Assembly: GCA_013265495.1 (NCBI GenBank)
Contig: PNXW01001564.1
Span: 1 to 39,584, forward strand
DNA length: 39,584 bases
Origin: Vicugna vicugna
Taxonomy: Eukaryota
Direction of reading: 5' to 3'
This document shows, piece by piece, positions 11,226 through 21,240 of this stretch (position 1 is its first letter; every line of letters begins with the position of its first letter). A model generated the notes under the pieces. The model had not been told where the DNA came from. It saw only the letters and a program-made list of their open reading frames with translations, and made no database searches. Made by a program: the position numbers and the translations under genes.

Positions 11226-11460
11226 ATCTTCTCCTGAGTTCTTTGAGCATCTTTATAATCATTACATTGAATCCTTTGTTAAGTCGATTTCTTATCTCCA
11301 CTTCATTTAGTTCTTCTTCTGGGGTTTTTATTGTGTTCCTTCATTTGGAACACATTCCTCTATTGCCTAATTTTCTGAATTTTATTTCCTTCTATTTGGT
11401 GGTTTGGTTAAGTTTCCTAATCTTGAAGAAGCAGTTTTATGTAGAAAATGTCCCATCAGC
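11226..11460 (-). mobile_element. Remnant of the old L1, paralogous to 4559-4804
   Basis: Aligns directly with the unit A L1 fragment. Confidence 0.8.
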
Positions 11461-11863
11461 CATTGAACACTCTCACCGTGTCTTTGCAACATGGTCCTGC
11501 TGTTAAAGTTTCTGTTAAATTTTTAGTTTTTTTCCTCAATATAATGTCATCTCTGTAGTGAGATAATTTAACTTAACTAAATTTTACTTAATTTTCCTGT
11601 CTGTAACACTGCTTCCAATGGTAGTCATTCCTATTCTTTGGATGTCAGCTTAAACTTCACTTTTTAAGAAACCACCTCCCTGATTATATTTTCCACGGTA
11701 GAATTTTCTTTCTTATTTCTGTTGCAGTATTCTATGTGTTGTCATATAAACACTGCATAAGATTACAACTACTTTATTAAAGTGTCTCCTTCTTTATTGC
11801 CTGACTCTATTATAAGAGTATAAAATTCATGTGGGAAAGAAATTTAATGTTATTTATTCTTTG

Positions 11864-12087
11864 GGTTTTTTTTTACTTTTTTATTGAGTTATAGTCATTT
11901 TACAATGTATCAAATTACAGTGTAGAGCACAATTTTTCAGTTATACATGAACATACATATATTCATTGTCACTTTTTTCACTGTGAGCTACTGTAAGATT
12001 TTGTATGCATTTCCCTGTGCTACACAGTATAATCTTGTTTATCTATTCTACATTTTGAAATCCCAGTCTGTCCCTTCCACCCCCCTG
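11864..12087 (-). mobile_element. 5'-truncated young L1 (3'-UTR only) with a 13-bp target-site duplication (TSD)
   Basis: Has a T-rich head and is the reverse complement of the L1 3'-UTR at ~20960-21200. TATTTATTCTTTG occurs at 11851-11863 and 12088-12100. It is absent from unit A (~5360). Confidence 0.9.
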
Positions 12088-12454
12088 TATTTATTCTTTG
12101 TTTTATTAATTGCTGTGTGTTATTTTTTCTTTGTTTTATTACTTACTGTGTCCTCAATGATAGCACAGTTCCTGGTATAAAATAGGTAGCTTAAATTATA
12201 AATACATAATTATTATATATAAAATTATATATTAAATCATAAATGGTGGTAATATTTTTATATATTTCATAAATTTAAATACTGAACAATTTGAATATTA
12301 AATTAAAAGAAAGACAAGCTTGTTATAACAAGTGGGGAAATACTTGAGTAATTTATCTTCACTGGAACTAAATGATTTGGCTGATACTTTCTTCTTGGTT
12401 CACAATAGTCTGAAAGCAGTTATAAAGCTGTTTTTCCCCCTTTTACATTCTTTT

Positions 12455-12876
12455 GGGCCTTAATTCTGTGATAAGGATTAGTAGTCTCTTTATATACCGA
12501 TGTACATTTTAAATATAGTGGATAACCCCAGTGAATTTAATTAAGCAAGAATCAGTCTTGGATACTTTCCAATTCTAAGACTTAATGATAAATGAGGTTA
12601 GAAGCAATAAAATGTCCAGTGATCTTTGCCCCTAGTGGGACAAATAATGATATAATTTTAAGTACTGATAGAACATTTTCAGGTTTGATGTTAAATTTAA
12701 AGAAATGTATTTAAAAGAAGAAAGAAAAACAGTGCAAGAATGAATCACAGAATCACAAATCAACTAGTCTGGCCACATAAACATGAGAGAATTAAAAGCA
12801 TTAAACAAGTGAGTGGTATTTTTCTATTTTAAAGCTAGTAGGAAGAGAAGTTACTTGAGATAAATTTCCCTGGGAA
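12455..12876 (+). promoter_or_regulatory. Candidate promoter and first exon of the OR at 14509
   Basis: Contains CCCCAGTGAATTTAATTAAG (12526-12545), TAATGA (12583-12588), a donor-like AA|GTGAGT (12809-12814) and an O/E-consensus TCCCTGGGA (12867-12875). Confidence 0.5.
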
Positions 12877-14508
12877 ATGGCTAGGTAAAATTTTCTAGTG
12901 TAAACATAGGATTTGAAGATTTTTTGTATAAATTCTCTTAACATAGTAAACTTTTTTTTGGTCAGTACCATGGAATTACTTTAAATAATCAACAGAGAAA
13001 TGAAAACTTTCTTCTGAATTATCAGTAGCCCATGGAAGAAATGAACATACACTCAAATGAAGTTAAATTCATCCTCAAGTAATAATGCAGCCTATTGCCC
13101 TTGGTTTTCATATTGGATGAAACAGCAATTCCAAGTCTTTATGAATAACTTGAAAAGCCATCCTTCAGATTGTGAACAAGCCTCCACAAGGTGAGAATAA
13201 CAGTAAATAGTGAAAACCAGGCTACAGAATGTTGTGACTTTATTATGTAATGAATTTAATCATCTTGAAAAAATTCAAACTTAGATGCCAAGTCTAGTTT
13301 TCTCACTTAAATATGTGTGACCTTGGGAAAATTAATGAGATGATCTGAGTCTCAGTTATTTCAAATAAAAGTGGAGATTACAATTCTTGCTACTGTACAT
13401 ATTAAATATGATACATAAACAATTATTCCTTGATTAGAACTCACCATAGATTGTTCAACATTTGAGTGATATGATCAGAGCAATATTTAAAGAGATTCAC
13501 TCAGGCTGCTTCAGGAGAACAAATTGTTGGAGGCCAGAATAAAAGTGGAGAGACTTGGCGGTAGGCTACTGCAGTGAATCAGGAAGGAAGCATGGGAAAG
13601 GGAATGATGAGGCATGTGATATGCACAGTAGAGACAACAAGATTTGTTAAAGGTATGAATAAGTAATGTAACATCAATAAGGGAGTGAAAAACATGGTAA
13701 GGTTTTTTATCTGAGCAATTACATTGAAAGTGATAGACTTTAATAAGATAGGAAACACTTTTTTAACTGAGAAATTTTTTAAATTTTGTTTTATATATAC
13801 TAAATTGATATCCAACTGGAGAAATCCAAAATTGGAGACATTGCATACACACTTTGGAAAATAAAGGTAGAGATAGGATTCAGAGACATGAAGTTTGACT
13901 ACCTGATTATTTATTGGTCTTGAAATGGAGGAATACCTAACTAAAGCCCCTAAGAAGAAAGTCTCAGTGAGTTCTGAGACAATCCAGGGCAGTAAACTTC
14001 TATTCATAGCTTGATCTACTCACACTGAATATGCAAATTAGTTGATGTGGGAGTCAAGTATCATAGCTTTGTGAATTTATAAATGATATATTTTTTCTCA
14101 GAATTCCCCTTCCATTTTTCTTGTTCTTTTACTTTTCCTTTAAAGCTCAGCTAAAATGTTGCTTCTTACAGAATGCCTTCTCTTATTCTAGTCTGATTGA
14201 TATATTCCTATAGTGTGACTCTTAGCTTTGTCTGAATTTCTTGTAATGACACTTATTATATGAGTCTGGAATTGTTTGATCCCTTGTTGTGTGTCATATC
14301 ACTGAGGATAGGGAACTATGCCTTATCCAGCTTGGTGCTAGTACTCACAATGTCTCTGACATGCTGGACACAAATAGATACTTCATACACATTGTTTTAA
14401 TTGAATAGCTAAATAAAAAGATTACTTTATAATGTATTTAAACATTTTCCCCTTGTTTTGTAGATAAAAATGCTTCTAATATGTGAAGTCAGCTCCTGTA
14501 CAGACAAG

Positions 14509-15435
14509 ATGGAACCAAGGAACATTGTAACTTATTTCATCCTCCTGGGCCTCACACAGAATCCAAAGGAGCAGAAGTCCTTTTTGTTATGTTCTTGCTC
14601 TTCTACATTTTGACCATTTGTGGGCAACCTTCTCATTATTGTGACTATAACTATTAGTAAGACTCTGAACTCGCCAATGTACTTTTTTCTTGCTAGCTTA
14701 TCATTTATGGATCTAATTTATTCCTCTTCTATTTCCCCCAGATTAATTTCAGACTTGTTCTTTGGGGAAAACACCATATCTTTTGAATCTTGCATGGCTC
14801 AGCTGTTTACAGAGCACTTTTTTGGTGGATCAGAGATTGTTATTTTGTTGGTGATGGCCTAGGACCGCTACGTGGCCATCTGTAAGCCCTTGCATTATTT
14901 GATTGCCATGAGGCAAAGGGTGTGTGTTGTGCTGCTGGTGGTGTCCTGTGTTGGAGGTTTTCTGCACTCAGTCATTCAACTTGGCACTATTTATGGGCTC
15001 CCATTTTGTGGTCCCAATGTCATTGATCACTTTATGTGTGACATGTACCCCTTATTGAAACTCATCTGTACTGACACCTATGTCATTGGCGTCTTAGTGG
15101 TGGTCAACAGAGGACTGAGCTCTGCTGCTGTTTTTCTACTCTTACTCATCTCTTATGGAGTCATCTTGCACTCTGTAAAGAATGTTAGTCAGGAAGGGAG
15201 GCGGAAAGCCCTCCAGACCTGTGGTTCCCACATCACTGTAGTTTTCTGCTTTTTCGTTCCCTGTATTTTCATGTATGCAAGACCTGCTAAGACCTTCCCC
15301 TTTGACAAATCACTGAGTGTGTTTTATACAGTCATCACCCCTATGCTGAACCCACTAATCTACAGTTTAAGGAATTCTGAGATGACTAATGCTAAGAAGA
15401 AGCTCTGGAGAAAAAAAAGGCAGATAAAGTATTAA
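14509..15435 (+). pseudogene. OR4A47: Olfactory receptor OR4A47-like pseudogene with several lesions
   Basis: Starts MEPRNIVT. It has a -1 at 14575-14576, TGA at 14611-14613, a +1 at ~14619 and TAG at 14860-14862 (MA*DRY). The rest is intact through [12 protein letters not shown] to TAA at 15433-15435. Acceptor AG is at 14462-14463. Confidence 0.95.
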
Positions 15436-17619
15436 ATAGGTGCTTTATCCATAAAGAAAGTAATTTAGCATCAGGGCCAAACTCCCAGAATGTAAAAGTC
15501 TTCATAAATCTGCATCAAACTTTCTTTTTCTCTAAAGGATTAATGGAAATTATAATTAAAAATGAACTGTGTGTTTGTGCTATTAATAAAAGTTCCTTGC
15601 TAGAATATAAACTATATGATGTCTGGTTTTTCACTTCCCCTAAAAAGTTGGAATTGGAATGCATTTCTAGTAAGGAGGCAATAAGTAGTACATAACTTAT
15701 TACTCAATAAAATTTTATAGAATTGCCTTAATTTTTACTTAGTTTCTGCATTTTTATTACTTTTTCATCCTTAATTTTATTTTCTGTCTAATTCCCTTTT
15801 CTATCATTATTCTTTTTATTGTACCAGTTAAAATATTTAATGTTGGATAGACTGTCCTACTTATTCATTTTCATTTCCTTACATATGAAAATTTTAGTGT
15901 AATATTTTAATTTTTTAAATAAATTTGTAAGTATGATGCAGAATAATAAGTATTAGAAGTAGAATTTATGCAAAATTAAATATTGTAGAATAAACATCCT
16001 ACCCACCCCATACCAGTGCCTCCCAGTCTTTTCAGTCATAGTCACCGTGCTGTGCTTGTAAGGTTCTTGAAGTAATTATCCTCGCAAATTTTCATATATG
16101 TAATGTTTATGTTTCAAGTGTGTAAATTTTGCAGCTTACTACTCTGCCTTCTGAAAATCTTTACATACCAGTTTATATAAACCTAAAACATTCTGTTTTC
16201 TCAAAATGCTGTACTTTATAAAAGATACACAAAAGTTGATATATCTGTTCTCCACATCTTTTTCTGTCTTTTTTATGTTAAATAGTTCTGCAATGAAATA
16301 TTTTTAAAATTTTGTAAGTATGAGCTCGAGAGATGAAATTGTTGAGTCAGTCTGGTACATGTATTTATAATGTTGATGTAGAGGTAAAAGTGTTGAGTCA
16401 ATTGTTATGTGATTTACAATGTTGATGGCCAAAATGCCATCCATAAGCTTGTACCAAACTCACTACTCCCTTATTCTGGAAAATATCTGTTTTGTGGCAT
16501 TATCAAACAACCAGTTCTGGATACACATGTGTGGTATTTGAATAATCTAAATGAAGAAATATTGTTTCATTTACATACTTTAATTATAAATAAATATAAT
16601 TGAACTTGGGCATCTATTCACATGTTTAAAGTGATTTGCATTACTTTCTCATGAATTGCTTATTAATTAATTTTACATTTTATTTGATTGCTGATACTTT
16701 TATACTGATTTTTATGATTTAATCATATGCTGAGGAACCTATCCCATTTCCCATGTATATGAAGTAATTACTCATCCAATTTGTGATTTGCCTCAGAGGT
16801 TTTTGTACTGTGCAGAATATTTTTGTCCATATAGAAATATTTTTACTTTTAAGTAATGAAATCTATCAATATTTCCTTTGCATATTATATCTTACTTAGA
16901 ATTTTCTTATTTCAGTGCTATCTAGTTATTTTTCCACATTTTCCAACATTTAATTTTGTAAGTCTTTTTGTTGTATTATGCTTTATGTTTATATTCTTAT
17001 ACCATCTACACATTATCTTGATGTAAGAAGTTCATTAGCTATCACATTTCAATTACTTTTTAAGATGGCCATTTTTGTAGAAGCATAATAATTTTCCCCA
17101 CAATTTTGATAATCCAACTATTAATTCTAAAATATGCCATGTGATTGGATCCAATTCAGACCTCTATTATCTTCCATTAATCTCTGTATTAATGTGTCAT
17201 TCAACACAGGATGTAATTGTATTTATTTAAAATACACTTTGATATCTCATAAGCCAAGGACTCCTTTATTACAATTACTTATTAGAACTATGTCTATTCT
17301 TGCATAATTAAATTTGAAAGTAAATTAGTCTAGTAAAAATCAAGTTTAGTCAGTATTTGCAATAAGTTTTGATTTTGAAAGAGTTTATATCTTTAGAGAA
17401 TTGAGAATTTTTATCCACAAACTGGGTGGGTCTTTCCACTTAACAAGTCTTCATTTATGTTCATCTACATCTAGTATGTTTCTTTGTAACAAGTCATTTT
17501 GATTTTTTTTTTTTTGCTGCTATTATGAATAGAATCTTGTCTTATATTTTCCAAGTGTCTGTTTCAATGTTGGAAGTATTTTTGTTTTCCATTTTTACAT
17601 AATATTTAATATTTATAGT

Positions 17620-18770
17620 ACATCCTTCATCCTTTTTAGTCTGTTTTATATGTTTTGACAAAATGCATATAATTGTGTAACCACTATCACAATCGTTATA
17701 CAGAATATTTCATCACCAATAATATCTCCTCATGTCCTTTTGTAACCACCTCCTCCCTTCACCTCCAGGTCCTCGCAAACACTGATCCATTTATATTCCT
17801 ATAGCTTTGTTTTTTCCAGATAGTCATATAAATTATATCATATAGTATGTATTCTTTCTTTCTCCCAGCTTTATTGATGCATAGATGACAAATTAAAATT
17901 ATATATATTTAAGATGTACAATGTGATGATTTAATATACAAATAGATCAAGAAATGATAACCACAATCAACCTAAATAACACACCCATCACCTCACATAA
18001 TTATCATTTTGATATTTTGGGTTAGACTCCCTTGAAATCTACTCTCTTAGCAGAATTCAAGTATACAGTATTCAAGTATACTGTGTTATCTTTTGGTAAG
18101 ACTCCCTTGAAATCTACTCTCTTAGCAGAATTCAAGTATACAGTATTCAAGTATACTGTATTATCAACTGTAGCCACCTTGCTGTATATTAGATTCCTCA
18201 GAACTTATTCATCTTGTAACTGGAAGTTTGTACCCTTTAAGCAACATCTCCCCATTTATCCCACCCTCCAGCCCCTGGCAATCCACATTCTACTTACTAT
18301 CTGTTTCCATGAGTATGACTATTTCAGATTGCACATGTAAATGAAATAATACAATATTTGTCTTTCTGTATCTGATTTATTTCACTTGTGTCCTCAATGT
18401 TCTTCCATATTTCCAAGGTAGGATTTCTTTCTTTCTGTGATTGTGACTGAATATATTTTTAATATATTCCATTTCTTTGCCCATTGATTTGTTGAAAGGC
18501 ACTTAAGTTGTTTTCATATCTTGGATTTTGTGAAAATTCTTCAACTTTCTTGGGAGTGTAGGTATTTCTCTGAGGTATTCATATCATTTGCTTTGCGTAT
18601 ATAACCAGAAGGGGGATTGCTGGATAATATGGTAGTTCTCTTTTTAATTATCTTAGGGATGTCTGTATTCTTTTCCATAGTAGTAGCATCAAGTTATAGT
18701 CCCACTAACAATTAGTACAAGCATTCTAAATTTTGTACATCTTCATCAACATTCCCTTTTTATGAAGGCC
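17620..18770 (-). mobile_element. Old L1 3'-end fragments: L1MB-like ~17620-17850 and L1MA-like ~17860-18770
   Basis: Typical antisense L1 3'-UTR and ORF2-end text, e.g. CAGCTTTATTGA...TTTAAGATGTACAATGTGATG and GGGATTGCTGGAT.ATATGGTAGTTCT. Subfamily names are from recall. Confidence 0.75.
18016..18165. repeat. 75-bp tandem duplication, each unit containing a 15-bp duplication
   Basis: AGACTCCCTTGAAATC... occurs at 18024 and 18099; each unit contains ATTCAAGTATACAGT ATTCAAGTATACTGT. Confidence 0.95.
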
Positions 18771-18909
18771 ACATGGCATGAAATTAGAAAGCAACCACAT
18801 AAAGAAAAATAAGAAAAAGATGACTGCATGGACACTAAACAACATGCTACTAAAAAACCAATGGGGTCAATGATGAAATCAAAGAATAAATTTAAATATA
18901 CCTTAGGAC
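18771..18909 (+). mobile_element. L1 ORF2 fragment (end of the endonuclease domain and linker), left piece of the host L1
   Basis: Translates HGMKLESNH...WTLNNMLLKNQW, matching the L1 ORF2 region just after the endonuclease domain. Confidence 0.85.
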
Positions 18910-21202
18910 AGTTTAATTAGGTCCCATTTGTTTATTCTTGCTTTTATTTCTATTGCTTGGGTAGACTTCCTAGAACATTTTTGAGATGTATGTCAGATAA
19001 TATTTTGCCTATGTTTTCTTCTAGGAGGTTTATTGTATCTTGTCTAATGTTTAAGTCTTTGATCCCTTTTGAGTTGCTTTTTGTGTATGGTGTACGAGAG
19101 TGTTCTAGCTTCATTGATTTTCATGCTGCTGTTCAGTTTTCCCAAAACAATTTGCTGAAGAGACTGTCTTTATTGCATTGCATATTCTTGTCTCCTTTGC
19201 TGAAGATTAGTTGACCAAAAGTTTTTGGGTTCATTTCTGGACTCTCTATTCTTTTCCATTGGTCCATATGTCTGTTCTTGTACCAATATCATGCTGTCTT
19301 GATGACTGTAGCTCTATAGTATTGTCTGAAGTCTGCGAGAGTTATTCCTCCATTCTTTCTTTTTCTTCAGTAATTCTTTGGCAATTCTAGGTCTTTGTTG
19401 TTCCATACAAATTTTATTATGATTTGTTCTAGTTCTGTGAAATATGTCCTGGTAATTTGACAGGGATTGCATTAAATCTGTAGATTGCCTTGGGCAGTGT
19501 GACCATTTTAACAATATAGATTCTTCCAATCCAGGAGCATGAGATATCTTTTCATTTTTTAAAGTGTTCTTTAATTTACTTCATCAATGGTTTGTAGTTC
19601 TCTATATATAAGTCTTTCACCTCCTTGGTTATATTTAATCCTAGGTATTTTATTACTTTGGGTGCTATTTTAAAATGGATTGTTTCTTTACTTTCTTTTT
19701 CTGTTGATTCATCATTAGTGTAAAGAAATGCAACTGATTTTTGAACATTAATCTTGTAACCTGCTACCTTGCTGAATTCATTGGTTAGTTCTAGTAGTTT
19801 CTGTGTGGACCTTTTAGGGTTTTCTATATATAGTATCTTGTCATCAGCATATAGTGACACTTTTACCTCTTCTTTTCCAATATGGATCCCTTTTTTTCTC
19901 TCTTGTGCCTGATTGCTTTGTCTAGGACTTCCAAGACTATGTTGAATAGGAGTGGTGATAGTGGGCATCCTTGTCTTGTCCCAGATTTTAGTGGGAAGCT
20001 TTTGAGGTTTTCACCATTGAGTACTATGTTGGCTGTAGGCTTGTCATATGTAGCTTTTATTATGTTGAGATATGTTCCCCCTATACTCACTTTGGTGAGA
20101 GTTGTTGAATTTTGTCACAGGTTTCTGCACAGCAAAGGAAACCATAAGTAAAACAAAACAACAATGTACAGAATGGGAGAAAATTTTTGCAAATGATAAA
20201 ATCAACAAAGGCTTGATCTCCAGAATCTATAAGCAGCTCATACAACATAATAAGAAGAAAACAAACAACCCAATCCAATAATGGGCAGAAGACCTAAACA
20301 AGCAATTCTCCAAGGAAGACATACAAATGATCAATAGACACATGAAAAAATGCTCAGTATCACTAATTATCAGAGAAATGCAAGTCAAAACTATGATGAG
20401 GTATCACCTCACACCAGCCATAATTGCTATCATATAGAAGTCCACAAATGACAAAGAGGCTGTGGAAAAGGGAACCCTCCTACAATGCTGGTGGGCATGC
20501 AGTTTGGTGTAGCCACTGTGGAAAACAGTATGGAGATTCCTCAAAAGACTAGGAATAGTCTTACCATATGACCCAGTAATCCCACTCCTGGTTATATATC
20601 CAGAAGGAACCCTACTTCAGGATGACACCTGCACCCCAATGTTCATAGCAGCAATATTTACAATAGCCAAGACATGGAAACAGCCCTAATGTCCATCAAC
20701 AGATGACTGTATAAAGAAGAAGCGGTATATTTATACAATGGAATAGTATTCAGCTGTAAAAACTGACAACATAATGCCATTTGCAGCAACATGGATGTCC
20801 CTGGAGAATATCATTCTAAGTGAAGTAAGCCAGAAAGGGAAAGAAAAACACCATTTGAGATCACTCATATGTGGAATCTAAAAAAATTAAAAAGAACACA
20901 AATACAAAACAGAAACAGACTCATAGACATAGAACACAAACTTGTGGTTGCCAAGGGGTTGGGGGGTGGGAAGGGACAGATGGGGATTTGAAAATTTATA
21001 GATACTGACAGGCATATGTAGAATAGATAAGCAAGACTATACTGTATAGCACAGTGAAATATATACAAGATCTTGTGGTAGCTCACAGCAAAAAAAAATG
21101 TGGCAATGAATATATGTATGTTCAAGTATAATTGAAAAATTGTGCTCTACACTGGAATTTGACACAACGTAAAATGAGTATAACTCAATAAAAAATGTAA
21201 AA

Positions 21203-21237
<35 letters not shown>

Positions 21238-21240
21238 ATT
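18910..21240 (+). mobile_element. Young L1 with 5' inversion: 18910-~20117 antisense, ~20118-21240 sense with a (TAAA)n tail
   Basis: Minus-strand ORFs carry RT motifs ([23 protein letters not shown]). The sense part has the ORF2 C-terminus, the 3'-UTR and (TAAA)n at ~21200-21238. Confidence 0.93.

Larger units (their letters stand above)
1..16246 (+). repeat. Tandem segmental array of OR4A47-like units: unit A ~1-8677, unit B ~8678-15427, third 3' flank 15428-~16246
   Basis: Colinear homology: 1-2402 with 8678-11040, 4559-7860 with 11226-14610, and the coding regions. Homologous stop codons sit at 6-8, 8683-8685 and 15433-15435. Confidence 0.95.

Noticed and set aside
11075..11506. 143-aa ORF
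   Set aside because: It spans an LTR fragment and antisense L1 across a deletion junction, so it is a chance ORF.
13579..14007. 142-aa minus-strand ORF
   Set aside because: It lies in degraded intronic repeat-like sequence, has no recognisable domain and is not preserved in unit A.
18032..18340. ORF with the repeated peptide KSTLLAEFKYTVFKYTVLS
   Set aside because: It is a by-product of the 75-bp duplication in antisense L1 3'-UTR.
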